Assembly (NCBI GenBank): GCA_040954595.2
Contig: CM082584.2
Coordinates: 13,633,337 to 13,697,336, forward strand
Direction: 5' to 3'
Length of the DNA: 64,000 nucleotides
DNA from: Balanoglossus misakiensis
Taxonomy: Eukaryota > Animalia > Hemichordata
In this document: positions 27,145 to 46,433 of the stretch, one piece after another
Layout of the letters: every line of letters starts with the position of its first letter
Position numbering within the stretch: the stretch's first letter is position 1
Position numbers and translations under genes: made by a program
Notes under the pieces: model-generated
The model's database searches: none
What the model was told of the DNA's origin: nothing
What the model saw: only the letters and a program-made list of their open reading frames with translations

Positions 27145-29070
27145 ACATCAAATAGAATTTTAAGGGTGTATGTTAAACAATTGTATTCTGCAACACAGAA
27201 TATCTAAACTTTGACTGTCCTGTAAACTTTTGTTTTTCAAGAGAATTCTTTTCTGAATATAAATAAAACTTTCTGCATATATGAAGTTCATTTACAGTAG
27301 TCAAGTATCGTTTATTTAGTCCCCGTTTGTTAAAATGAGAGTGCTGAATGCAGTTTTCAGACTCTACATTTTTTTTTGCCTATTGAAGAAGTTATCACAA
27401 CTTCGAATGTTGGGTTAAATTCACGATATTTATTACATTGATTAAAATCATGCAACTGATAAAAATCATGCATTATGAAACACAGAAAACATGAGTGGTG
27501 ACAATATAAAATACTGTTATACATATTGCAACCATCAACTGTAAATCAAACTTCAATAAAAGCCAAAGAGTGGCATTTTACATGGATATAACAGGTAATC
27601 AAAACACTGGCATCCGTCCCAACAGTTTCACAGTACATACTTCTGATATACTGTCACAGACTGCAGACAAAGAGTTTATTGTTTGTCCTACAGCAATTGC
27701 CCTGGACATTGTAACATTTTCTACTGGACTAGACTCTCTCACAGCCTCACTTCACAAACTTATCCTCTCATTGAATGAGCGCCCTCAACTCTCAGCTGAA
27801 GCTCGAGTGAACTGCTATGCAACACCAAGTTGCCTTCATGTGCCTGTGTTGCTTTGCCAAACTGTTGGGGTGCATCAATGTACATTTCTCAAGTATCATA
27901 GTGAAATATGGGCTGTCTAACTCACAGATGTATTTGACAAAAACTAATAGATCCCCCTCCCCCTCCAGTTCTCAAGTACATGTATCTATGGTTAAAGATA
28001 ATGTATGAGTAATTATAAATTAACATCATGGCATGCTCTGGCAGTGGATGTTTGGCAGATTAATTTCAACATACATATATTTACAATATTTAAAAGCACA
28101 ACAGAAGTTAACATGGCTGCTATCATTTTAATAAGGCAGATTTTGTGTACATTGCTTTCAACTGAAAAAATATAAGGATGTTGGGTAAAAGGGTAGTGTG
28201 TATCTGTTATACAGAAAAGTTGAGAAAAATACAGTATTCTTGTGGAAGATAAAATTATCATGGAACCCTGAATTGTTGAAATATAAAAATAGCGTCAATG
28301 ATACTTGCTCAATTTAATTATCAGATGTGAAGAAACAGTTATTGTACCACCATAAAACATTTTGCAAATGCTCTAAACAGTAATTATGAAACACCGCTTA
28401 ATTCCTAGTAGAAGCTAACTAATTTTGTAACACACATTTGGCAACAGGTGAACAAATCACATTACATGTTAGACATTAGTCAACCACCAACTACACTTGG
28501 CAGTGGTTCGATTCAGAGATAAAAGTAGACCGAAAAAGTTTGATTGCTTGGTGTTTTTTCTTCCTAGTCCTTGCAGGCTGATTGAGAAACCTCAACTGAA
28601 TCTCACCTCCCAAGAGAAGTAAGGAAGGCAAAAACAGTGGAAATCAAGGGCAAAATTGAATAAAATGAACATCTCTACATTCTGAATTTTATCATCAGAT
28701 TGGTAAAAGGATAAACTCAGTCTATTATCCTTCATCAATATTGTTTTCAAAGTGATAAGAAGTAAAAGCTGACCCTCCATGTCAAGTATATATCAGCAAA
28801 TGGCAGTAATTGTTAAAATGTGATATCTGTTTTGAACAATCTGTCAGATATCTCTTGATGATACTTGGCAAGTGGATGTTGAACATGGCAGAATATGAAA
28901 TAAATGGCAGTGTTCTTGCAAAGTAATCTGCCAAGGATTATGGCAATCATGGTTTGTATAATACCTGAAGAATAAAATAAATACGTGGTAATAAGAGTTA
29001 ACATTTTGAACTCAACATAGAAATTCTTCAATTCACAGATTACCATGGCAATCAGATAATTCGCGGTGGA

Positions 29071-30159
29071 TTACTCATAATACAGAGCATAAATAACAGC
29101 GATTGCAAAAAGTGAGGAATTCGCAAAAGTAGCAGAGGCGTAGTTGTCTCTTTCTGCGTCCCAAACACATCGACTGCCAAACCTCACACACTGGTTTTTC
29201 TTTTCTCCGATGCTGACCAGGCAGACAATCTGAAACCATGAAAAGAACAAAAATTAAAATTCAGAATTCATTATCGTCATAAAACTGAGTAAGTAAATGA
29301 TGCATCTGTTCAAAAACACAAAATACTATTCATACGTCACACTTTTGAAGATGATTCAGATAAAATATCTCCTTCATACTCGTCAGTTGACACACACAAT
29401 GTACATGCTATGACTTTTGTGTAACTGATGAGGGAGGACAGGCCTGAACAATCATTTGTAATAATGCCTACTTCAAGTTACACCAATTTCGACTAAACTG
29501 GTAAGCCTGCACCTATTCAAGTACAAGTGAAAACCAGCGGGTATTTCAACTGGTCTGGAATCTTCAAAATGTAACCATCATTCTTGGCTTTGTTGTAATA
29601 CTCACCTTAAATCTATCATAGTGCATGTCTTTGACCCTGAGTTTGATTTCTTGAGATATGGTTTTACTGAGGAGGGAACATTTCTCACCACTGTAGTGTT
29701 CGTCTTGTAAATTTTCTTGTAATACTGCCTGCATTACTGGTTCAACTTTGTCACTGATAAACCTGCAATGTGATGATCAGAACAGAGAGAAATTGAACAA
29801 TTGTGGATTTCAGAGACCCGCATGGGACCTGTCACGATTTAAGAATTTAATAAAGATGCAAGTGTTGGTATTTAAATGTAATATTTTATAAGGTAAGGGC
29901 AGTGATAACCTTACAGGTAAATTTCACTTGACATGAACTACACTTACTTCTTGCTTGGCTCCATTTGATATGAGTTTTCATACTGTAGTTTAGGATGTTT
30001 TCTGTGAAAATTATCTCCATCGTGACTTGGCTCACAGCTGAGAGACACATAACTAGATCCTGTTGTTCGAGGTTTTCGTGAAATCTCAAACAGACTTGAG
30101 GTATTTCTGTCCAAATTAGCCGCAGAGATATTTTTGGCAAATTCTGCAGTGAGGCTCAT
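29071..30159 (-). CDS. Tctex1-domain dynein light chain (DYNLT5/TCTEX1D1-like)
   Basis: Exons 30159-29948, 29762-29606 and 29229-29071 give ...YENSYQMEPSKK/FISDKVEPVMQAVLQENLQDEHYSGEKCSLLSKTISQEIKLRVKDMHYDRFK/IVCLVSIGEKKNQCVRFGSRCVWDAERDNYASATFANSSLFAIAVIYALYYE*. The YENSY.M.P, RFKIVC, SRC.WD...D and terminal YYE motifs are typical of Tctex-1. Confidence 0.92.
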
Positions 30160-32304
30160 CTCTGGAGTTGTGCGAGGAAAAGGCGGGATAGAAAATAGGA
30201 GATTCCAACTAGGACGTTGATTAGTGGCATATACAAAACAACAGCTGATTCTGGTACATCGCAGCTTAAATGCAAACCATCTGCATCAAGCTTGTAGATT
30301 GTGTCGGTGGCAATAAAACCAGAATGCACAGCAACCTGAAAGGAATTGAGAGACATATTTATCAGAGAAAAACAATTACTAATGCACGTATTAGTCCCTT
30401 GGTCAATGAAAGGTTAATAGGTGAGCTTCACTTAGTCCCTCTATCACATAACAACTTGGGACAAAAAATAGCCACTAATGGCTTGGAGCAAATGGTTTTT
30501 CAAAGACTGCACTTAAAACCTCCTGTACATGGCTCCGCCAATACTAACCTAATCCAATCAAAATTGTGCAGTTTTTGAATGGCTGTTTTCTCAAGAAAGC
30601 AAATTTTTAATAATTATACTTGATCATGGATTTTCTTGTTATTGTATAAACATACAGAGAAGGCGCGAATTCTTTTCCAGTTGAAGAGTTCAGATCTGCA
30701 GAATGAAAGCTGATACAGGTTTACTTCCAGTTGACATGCATAATCTAAACAACTTAAGATTGTTCCCCAAGTGCTTCATTCCAAAAGTAATTGAATTTTT
30801 AAAAATACCTAAAATTCACCCAGACTTTGTATTCTGAGTATTCACAATCAGTTTTGGTATGTGTTTATATTTCAATCCAAGTCAGCTGCCTAATTTCCAC
30901 GTCTAATTCATTACTTATGGAGTGTTTGCATTGGCAAGTTGCTCATGTGTTCTAAACTCAACTGTGAGTATCACCATTGCTAGGAGAAAGTACTGAGACA
31001 AAAGTCAAACTGATATAGGTCAGGTCAAACTGTCTGAGCAGTCCTTGAGTGTCCATTGCAATATGTACACAGGTCAAAAATACCACTGCTAAGTGGCAAA
31101 GAGAGTTGTGTGGCCATAAAACATGCTATGAAGAAGTACTCTGAAACAGCTCTTAGTTGATTGCTATAAGTTAGGCCAAATAATTATGAAGTCGAATTCC
31201 AAAGTGGCCAAAAACTCACACACAATCTGACATGAAGACTGCAGTACATTAGAATGAAATTACCCTAAAAAGTAAAGCTCATGGCACTTACCCTGGGAAT
31301 TATTTTAGCAACAGAAAACCCTCTCAATATAAAGCAAGGCACACTACCAGATGCCTCTTTCAAGCTAGTGCTCAAGGTAATTACTTATAATCCAATTTTC
31401 CCCTGTTGCAACATTTCATTATTTGAACGACAAGATAGCTATTATCAATGAGTAAATATATTGCAGACAGAAATGGTTACATATAACTATCAATTTAGAA
31501 ATTATGTAATCACACCACCATCTTTAAGGCAATGATTTGGATGCAGTACACAGAAACTGGGCAGGTAGCCATTCTGAACGGGCAGGCAGAAAATATAGAC
31601 AAATAGTTTTATTTGATTAGTTGATTGGAATGAGTAATTAAAACCCTGAGTGGTGCAAACTCAACAATTAGTCATCAAACATAATACAACTATATCAAAT
31701 CAGCTGACAATGGCCAATATTTTTCAAATCACTAACAGTATTTGCCTTCAGCCCAAACCAAACAACTCTTTATCAAACAGGATAGAGTCTATTGAAGAAG
31801 GCGGATATCTAACCTCACTGTTATTGTACATCCTGGAACTGTCTTGAACTGAATATTGCATTATATAACTCTGATTTAACTCCTCCAAAGCAATTTGGTA
31901 TGTTACCAACTTTAATACAACCGCAAGTTTCTGAACATAACAAGTTTTAACCAAACCTGGCAACCCAACATCCTGTTAACAACTTTAGCAGAAGCAGTTT
32001 TTTGTCAATGATGCATGTTTTTACTGTCAGACTAAATTGACATTGAATTAAATCAAGTTTAGACAAACATCACTGGTGCTGTTTGTTGTAGGAACATCCA
32101 GGACAAATATCCAGTACAGAAAACACTCAATATAGTATTTGACAAAACTTCTCCAACTATCCCCATTTTCAAAATTGCTCTCATTTCTAGTTACTTTTGC
32201 CACAAATTTTAAAATAAATTTACACAGTACATATTTGCATAGCACTTAGAAGAGTTCTTGAGCTGTACTAGATTTTCATCTTTGCTTCCACATGACAGTA
32301 GCTG

Positions 32305-32744
32305 ATAAACAGCATCCTTGTTGCTATGACAACAGCTGGTGATAGATTGATAACACACATGAAGTTGACTGTTAGTGCTATTTTATCTGAGTGGCAGACT
32401 GTGTGTCTTACAGCGAGGCAGAGCTTGTGCTATTGCAATAACCTTGACATGTCATGAAATGGAACAAAATACCGTAGTGGATAATTCTCATAAATGCCCT
32501 GCATTTACAGTATTATCAAGTCACAGCAAATCCAAGAGGGTCTAACTCTGATATTGTCGCAGTTGTTATATATAAATTATATTTTTGTAAACTTACATTG
32601 TGAATTTGAAAGGCAAGGGTTAAATTTCACATTTCAAGCACAGCTTGGTGAGTGAGATGTGAATTGGTAGGACTCCACAGGAAGTAGGGTAATTTGATTG
32701 TGTTTGAATTGGGCACAATGACAGTTTCATGTTACCATAGCAAC
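32305..32744. promoter_or_regulatory. RFX X-boxes and Fox motif upstream of the Tctex1-domain gene
   Basis: GTTGCTATGACAAC (32320-32333) next to ATAAACA (32305-32311), and GTTACCATAGCAAC (32731-32744). A minus-strand donor GTAAGT lies at 32596. Confidence 0.55.
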
Positions 32745-34964
32745 CGATGAATAACCATCATAAAAACAGTCTGTAAGGTGAAAAGATTGTCATTATTTTT
32801 CAGAAATAGTGATTCTATAAAAAAAATTCAGATGGTTATTACATTCTCAATTCCCACAGAACAATTCCAGTCATCACTGTCTGTCACTAGCCATGTACGT
32901 CATTCCCTGAAAATTAATGTGACTACAAATCAGGGACAACATATGGCATAGTTAAAAGCCAACTTATATCAAATTGAAAGAGTAACTGAAAAATTAAAAG
33001 GGACAGATTTTTCTCACTGGATACTGATCACAAATACATTTAATAAAATTCTGTCAGCTTTTTAAAATGAAAATGCCACAGTACCGAGGGCTAACAAAAA
33101 AAGGGCCCAAAAAAGTAAGCTTGATTATTTCAAAGTATTCTATTTTTCCATCTTGTTGAATTTATATAAACTTATGTACTGAATAAGGAAACATACCAAT
33201 CACATGGCGATAACTTTTTTATTTTACCAAATTTACGTTATCGTTACATTTGTTGAGGACATTTGATATAGGATCAGATTTCAGGGCTGACCTTTCCAAC
33301 CCCTCTTCACGGAGAAAACAAACAAAGGACACGTAACTCGGCTTTAGCTTTATGATATGATTATAAGTGACATGAAATCTACATAAAAGACGCGCAACCA
33401 ATTATTACATGGAAGAACACGCATCGATTTCCAAGATTCGAAACCTTGGCACAGGCGCTAGGCGTGGGCAGATTAAAAAAACCAGACAGACCAAAACAAA
33501 TCACGGCATCGCTTACACAGCTAGTATGTGTATATTCGGTAATTTTGTACACTTCACTAGCAACGGTGGAGTAAAATTCAATGAACCAGAGTATATTGAT
33601 CAGTAATTCATTATTCTGATTGTGTATTTCATAAACTATAATATTTTTCCCGGGAAAATCCCCACTTCGAAGACGCTTTTCTACATTGCAACGTCTTAAC
33701 AACAGCCACAGTCAATATTTTGAAAGGATATTTGAGAGGACAGCGGATACGTCTTGAATTAAATATAAGATGTGTTATAATATTGTTAGCTCACGTCTGA
33801 ACTGTTTTGATAGATGGTTCTGACAGAACTTCAATAGCACCAGAAAGTGTGAAACAACCGTGGTTCGAGTACATCATACAGCTTGAGCGTTAAGCTATTA
33901 AGTCAAACAACATGTACGTTTATTAAGGTATCTCGTAAAATTTGGTGTCGAGTGAACGTACATCTGGAAAAGTGATTTGTCGGCGCGTCCGCGTCGAAGT
34001 TGCGCAGCAAATTCCTGGCGAAATATCCGAGATTTTCACACTAAGGACAGAATTTGATTATGCTTCTACAAGAAAGCAGATGACTTACCTCCTTTCGTGT
34101 ATAAAATATCAAAGAAGGAGATTAAACCTTTCTGTTTAGACGTTTTTCCAAAGCCGTGACCCCAGCGTACTGATTACTACTGGAGGCTGTGAACGAACAT
34201 AGCGGTGCCTCAGATCATATGAACAAGTCACGTGTCAAACATGCTGCCTGCTGATTGGGCCTGATCTTCGTACTCTCTGCAAGTCATCCGGGAATGTCCT
34301 TATACGTACCGCGTTCGTGTTTCAGCGCTCGGGCAATTCCTTTCGGACAGTTCCTCATCTTTGGGAAATACATGGTACATGTAACAATTCCACGCCAGGC
34401 AGCATTCAGTCATTGTACATATAGAATAAATGTAGTTGCATAGTACCAGCCATATTTGGGGTTTCAACCTCAAATTTGTCATTTTGGGTCAGTTTTGATT
34501 GCCTACCATGCTGGCAGGGGATGCTTGTTGCTTTTCCATTATGGACACCTAGATTGTAATTGTGATGCTTTTCAATTTGCTTCTTGGACCTAGTAATTTG
34601 CTTTCATCGAATGATAGTGATTATAGGGCCTGGCCTGACGTCATATTTACAACAATTACTTCTATAATAGCGATTATGATTTCATGTTGTATTTTTTGTT
34701 TGTTACTTCCATTAACGGGTGTGATCACTGACTTCATGGAACAGAACTATTGTTACTTAACTGGATCAACTCATACACTATCAATAATCGACTGCAAACC
34801 ACTGGTTGAAGTTTTCAAAAGTATTGGGGTTTCACGATCTGATAAATTGAAACATCACAAATATGACACAGTCAACAGTAAACTGCAGCATGAAAGACAC
34901 TTTAAACTTTATTCTAATCCCAAAAGATACAATACATTCAAATTAGTAATTCTGAGTGAAATAA

Positions 34965-40030
<5,066 letters not shown>

Positions 40031-40307
40031 ACTGGTATATTACTTTTCTACTACCTAGGAATATGAGAAAATCCGTTATGGCTGCCTTCGTAAGTTTTAT
40101 CGACTTTATGGACCTCATTATAGTCGGTGTCTGAATTATGGTTGGAGTATATCGGAAATTGGGGTTTGATTTATGTCAATCTTCCATAAAATACCGATAA
40201 AGTAAAAAAAAAGATATCGAGCAATCGTATAAAAGTTTACTGAGTTAGAGGATCTACATTCCAAAATGGCAGCCTCCATGGAAAGAGTCCCGTACGATAT
40301 TTTACAT
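40031..40307. promoter_or_regulatory. Bidirectional promoter KRI1/PIGG with the probable first PIGG exon (donor at 40308)
   Basis: KRI1 ATG at 40030(-). On + there is a YY1/TISU-like CCAAAATGGCAGCC at 40261-40274 followed by donor CAT|GTAAGT. Locally CpG-rich. Confidence 0.6.
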
Positions 40308-40863
40308 GTAAGTCATTCACAAGTTTTGTAGTTTATTCAAATGTACATGGGATCGACAATGTTATTTCATAAGCCCATGTGACACCAACACAATATGTAC
40401 TTCATGATCACTACAACGTTCACCATAACAGGAGTAAACATGATTAATCGAGATTACTCGATCCATGGAGTTCAGGAAGGATACTGTAAACATGGTAAAC
40501 ATCGCCTTCATGTGAAAAATTAGGAACAAGAGAATCATTACTGGTCTACAGTGGATATGGTGGCGACACAGAACATAATTTGGGTTGGAAGGTAAATCCA
40601 CCCGATATTTATATACCTCACTTGCTGGTATAGAACTTCAAAGCAATGCTGTTACCATAGCAACAACAGTGCCCCGCCCACCCCTCTGCACAGTTGAAAA
40701 CATGAAAGTCGAAGCTTAGCCTAAGGCTAGAAACATCACCTCTGTTTTCTAATTATTTTCTTTTGCATTTTTGCTGGCTACATTTCCTGGATAGTGGAAC
40801 AGTTCCCAGAAGAAATTGTAATGGAAGATAAAATGCTTGGCATAAACTCGGAAGAATAGCAAG

Positions 40864-43800
40864 ATGAGAATATACCACAACATATTCATAAGTCTGTGCT
40901 TGTTCATAGAACTGGCAGGATTGTATATATTTTTCAAGGGATTCTTCCCAATCAAGCTGGCAATACCGGGCAGAGCAACATGGACAGACATACCAGCTGA
41001 ACCTATTGATTCAGAGACACAAAATCCTGATGTGAATCAACCATTGAAACCAGCATTTGGGAAGTTAGTTATTGTACTTATTGATGCTTTGCGAGCAGAT
41101 TTTGTTTTTGGTGAGAAATCCCAGCAACACATGCCATTTACAAGTAGGTTGATCAGAGAGGGTAAAACCAGGAGTTTCCTTGCCAAGGCCCACCCTCCAA
41201 CAGTTACTATGCCTAGAATAAAGGTATGATCACTGTCATTAATTAACTTCTGAGGTGAATGATTTAGAGTGATGACTATCTTTATAGTTTTGATATTTTG
41301 ATAACTTCTGTGTTTGTTTTTGTTATTCAACAGCCTTTCTAATAGTTTATTGCTGTTTCAAACTTTCTCTCCAAAGGCAATCACAACTGGAAGCATTCCA
41401 GGTTTCGTAGATGTTGTTTTCAATATGGATTCTAGTGCCCTTACAGAAGATAATATCATATCACAGTTGTACCATGCTGGTAGTGATATAATATTCTTTG
41501 GTGATGACACTTGGATCAAACTATTTCCAAAATTCTTTAAACGAAGTGATGGAACAACATCTTTTTTTGTGACTGATTATACTGAGGTGAGTAATGAACT
41601 TGTTGCAGCTGTCTTCTGTAAATGTTCAATTAGGAAAATGAAAGATATGTTTTGAATGTTTATATTTTATTTGTACTTCATTTTGTCTTCTTTTTGGCAT
41701 TACCCTCACATTGGCAAAACGGAACTGCAGTTGTCTAGACTACATTTGTACCAAGTGTCTCTCATGTGACATATTGTTGTGTCATTCCCACATATTGCAT
41801 TCATCAGATCCTTTCTTAGAAATATTTTTAAATGCTCAGGTTGATAACAACGTAACAAGACACATTGATAAAGAGTTGGTTAGTTCCGACTGGGACGTGA
41901 TGATTTTGCACTACCTTGGACTGGATCATATTGGTCATTTGTCAGGTCCGACAAGCCCTCTGGTTGAACCCAAGCTGAAAGAAATGGACCAGATAGTTGA
42001 ACACACTCTCACACAGCTTTCTAAACAGGTAGAGTTTAATGAGTATTGTTCCATGTAAAGTAACAAAACAGATTAGTGATGATATTTTTGCCGAGTGAAC
42101 CACATTTTGTGTCAAAATAGTAAATGGAATTGAATTTCATTCTTTGGGCACTGAATGCTGTTGACCAAATCTCATTGTCGCTTCTGAAAAAAAATTAATG
42201 TTACACTGAAAGATGACATATATTGAAAACACAGATAGATATTGCACTATTCACGGTCAATGTTTTGAAAGTTTTGATATTCTCTTTGCAGGAAAACACA
42301 GCCACACTGCCATCACTGATTGTGTTATGTGGTGATCATGGTATGAGTGATGTTGGCAGTCATGGGGGTGCATCAGCCAGTGAGACAACTACACCATTGG
42401 TTTTTATGAGTTCCAAATATATGAAGAAGCATGGTAATTGAATTGGGATCATTTATTGTGTGGAAAAGAATATTGAATTCTTATTGCTTAGAGAGGTTAT
42501 AGAGTACATGAAGAACTTGGTTTCCAACTGTGTTTGTCTTGGGTCAGTTTCTGTGCAAACCAAAGATAAATTAGGATTGATCTTGTTCACTTTCAGGTCA
42601 ACCATACACCGAGATGGAAGTAAAACAGATTGATTTAGCTCCAACACTGTCTCTGGTGCTTGGTCTTCCCATACCTCAGAATAGCCTTGGTCGGTCCATC
42701 ACCCAACTTCTTCAAATCCTACCAATCAGAGATCAGCTTAGAGCACTGCAGGTCAATGCACATCAGCTGGTTCAAGTTCTGAAGAAAAATGTCAACTCCT
42801 ATGAAACAGGTAAAAGTTAATACAGTTTGTGTTAATGGTATGGAAAATAAACAGCTGAAGTTTTGAAGAAATTTAATGCATATAGTAAAATCTGGAAGAC
42901 TCTTTACCTGCTGTATATGTAATGGTAACCATAATTGGTCATACATCGCATATGTTTCAGAACCTGGGTATTTACAATATCAAAGAGCCTTGAAACATCA
43001 CAGTAGTTGGCTTGTATCTTACACTCGGAGTACAAGCAGTATCAACCATGAACTCCTTGGTCTGAAAATAATAGAACAGTATAGTGAAGCCATTCAAGAA
43101 ATCAGCCACCGCATTGCATCATCACTTGCAAAGTACGATGAACATGCCTTGGTTGTTGGTGTGTTTCTCTTCTGGCAGGTGAGCTTGTTATCTCAAAATT
43201 AACATTTCAAAATGACATTATTTATTGTCTTAATGTTGTTTGATTTAAACAAACCAAGTTCACCTTTTCAACCTATATGACATGTTGAGACAGTCACTAA
43301 GAAAGCTATGGTCATCTTTCCCTAGGTGTTATGTGCTTTCCTATATGGTGCATCCCATTTGAACAAGGGTGGAACTGATGAAGTTAGCCTTCCCATTGGT
43401 GGACAGTCTTCCACCTTCATCCTGATTGGCTGTTGCCTAGCAATATTATCAGTTCAAGTGAAGGTCTGCACAGATATCACTGGTGGTGCTAGTGAAGTGT
43501 TGTGCGACAACTCAGTACCAGCCATTTTCTTGTCGTCCATCTTTGTTTTGTCATCAGCAACGTTTGTGACAGTATTTCTGCAGTGTTTGCTTCCTGTGTC
43601 AAGGATTAAGCTCTGCCTTGAGGTAAACTGAAGTCTACACAACATGCCTGCAAATGTTATATATCAAATAACAGGCTTTAATTTGAAATGAAGTTATGAC
43701 TCTCAAGTGTGAATTATTTTAGTCTAGATTAAGTCCTGATCAGATTTTGCCGATGTGAATGACACGAAATGCTGGAAATGTTACAATGCAGCTCATCAGC

Positions 43801-46433
43801 CTGATAATTTAGTTAGTTTGATAAAACAAAAGCAAGACTGTTCTTTCTTTTGTACCAACATTCCTAAACTAATGTGACTCTGCCTCCAATTGATGACATG
43901 GTGGTACGTATTCTTCACACAGACTCTTAACCTGACTGGAGGACAGAAGATTTTAGTGGCATCCACGGCAATCCACACTTTCAGTCTGTTATCAAGCAGC
44001 TTTGTAGAAGAGGAACACCAGACTTGGTATTTCTTCACAATGACTCTGATGCTGTATCTTCTGTACAAGGCAATTTCACCGCTACTTCAACTGAGAAACC
44101 TGAGTGAAGATGTGAATGTAGCCACGATGGAGAAGGAGGTGAAAACAACTCTGGTTCATACACAAACACTAGCTGGTGGTGAAACTGTCTTTGAGGGAAA
44201 AATTACCGAGAGATCAAGTTTTGGGCAGAAGCATTCTGAGCAAGATGGAGATACGTCAACAAAGAGTTTGTATAAGAAATGTGGAAGTGAGGATGATTGT
44301 GATCAGAGAGATGGATGGCTGCAACAGAAGATGAAAATGACCAATGATTCCACTGGGGAGAGCAATGATAGAAGCGGACATGCAATGAAATGTACAAAGA
44401 CGTTGTTGTCAGTTGCATTAGTTGTGGTTTGTGGACGGTTGTTACGGGCATGGAATCAGACCGGAATGAAATGGGCAGACAGACCCGATATTGGCGACTG
44501 GTTCGTCAGGTGAGAGGAAATTTTGATCAGAATCACTGACAGACATAATTTGTCTGGATATTATTGGCATTTATCAGTAGTAACAGTCAATACATCGTCA
44601 TGTCACTTTTCAACTATCTGTGGAATAAATTTCCTAATACCAGATGGGTTGTGGATAGTAATGTTTATGTTTATATCACAGTGTTTGGTGAACTTCGTAA
44701 CGTTGCAATCTGATCCTGATTCTAGCTGATTAACCTCAAATTGATCTGATGTCATCTTTCCAGACCAGAAAACAAACTCCCGCTCTCTGCGTTGGTGACT
44801 GTGTGCTTCCTCATCATATGTGTGACCAGGCATCGTAGAGGGTGCTGTCACCCACTACTACTGGCGTTTTCATTGGTTGGAGTCTATTTCTACAGAGCTG
44901 CAACTTGCATAATCATAACTCCATTCTCATCAAGTACTGAACCAGAAAAGTAAGTCATGTGATAATCCTGTATAAGAATGGTGGTCTCCTTGACTGAGTC
45001 GGAATAATTGCTTACAAACGAAATTCAAATTACATCCATGCAAATGATGTCTTTTTCAAATGTTACCCTCTTTAATTTTACCTGCAGGGGTCTATACCAA
45101 GCCTGGCTGGTGTATGCGTTGACACTTTGCTATATTACACACACACTGTATGCATTCGTGAGAGGGATAAAACATGCAAGCGCCAGACCGAACAAGATGA
45201 AAGAGACTGATCGTGGACACCAGCAGATCTTAGTGGACTGTGCAGAGAATGTGTATAATATTGGTATCGTACTGACAGCTCTGTTGTTGAGACCACACAA
45301 TGTGGCTGTGTTGGCACTGCTCGTTATTCAGGAACAAGAAGTCACTACAGTGATATGGCCAGCACTTCTGTCTGAGAGTCCAGCATGGACCGTTGCGTTG
45401 CTTCATCTCTGGTTTGGTACTGCTGCCTTCTATGCCCAGGTAAATGTCTCTCGGATACAGACACAGTATTACCCTGAGAAAACATGAAATAGTGTGCATT
45501 GGAAGCAAAGAGTAGTTTGTGTGAGATGTTGATAGCGAATTTGCAAAAAATTGAACTAAAAATAATTGAGACGAGATCACAGGGGAAAAGCTTGAAGCAC
45601 TGACAATCTCATGGACTGGGATTGATGTGGGACCCCTGCAAAACTTCAGAAAACCTGCTTGATAGGAAAATATTCAATGAATGGTACACATATCGTATGT
45701 AGTGAGTATGTAGAAAAATGGTTTCTGTATTAAAGCATACTGAACACAGCTTTTTATTAAAACGATTTCCGCTAAAATACATCTCTGTTTCACCCCAGGG
45801 AAATTCCAATAGCCCGGCTACAATAGACATATCTGCTGGATACATTGGTCAGGAATCTCACAATACAGTCATAGCTGGTGTACTTACATTGTTGGCTACA
45901 TACGGTTGTTTACTGTTATGGATTCTTAGCTTGCTGATATACATTATGAAGAATTATTTTCATAGGTGAGTTATAAGTGAATATCTGCGTGAGTTGTGTG
46001 ACAGGATTACAAGATGTCTGGGTTTTGGCAAAGCAGTGTCAGCATTCAAGATAGTTATGGATGGCTTTAAAAAGATTTCTTGTGTAGTTCTTCTGGAAGA
46101 ACATACTTATATAATCAAAAGAATAAATAATGTTTTCTTATTTCAGACAATATCCTCATGATTTTATTCTTTTCTGGTTTGTTTTTTCCCAGATACAACG
46201 AATCACTTCAAGAGATAGTTTACACATTTGGACTGACAAGGGCCCTACCAGTGGCAGTGTACGCCATTCTGGTTTCATTTCAGAGATATCATTTATTTGT
46301 TTGGAGTGTGTTTTCTCCGAAGGTGATGTATGAAGGAATGTTGGTGTTTGTTTACTCCACGGTGATTTGCCTTCTGTCAATACATTCCCTTGTGGTTCAA
46401 AAATTAAATTTTCCCAAAACATCTTCCAACTGA
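40864..46433 (+). CDS. PIGG: GPI ethanolamine phosphate transferase 2
   Basis: Motifs: FFKGFFPIK, KLVIVLIDALRADF, AHPPTVTMPRIK|AITTGSIPGFVDV, FFGDDTWIKLFP, DGTTSFFVTDYTE|VDNNVTRH, LHYLGLDHIGH, GDHGMSDVGSHGG, KQIDLAPTL, SSSFVEEEHQTWYF, RAWNQTG.KW, GNSNSPATIDISAGY, RYHLFVWSVFSPK. Stop TGA at 46431-46433. Confidence 0.95.

Noticed and set aside
42076-42154. Box C (GTGATGA) to box D (CTGA) spacing of about 79 nt in a PIGG intron, a possible C/D snoRNA
   Set aside because: The terminal stem is weak and I recognise no convincing rRNA-complementary guide. It would need snoscan/Infernal and small-RNA reads.
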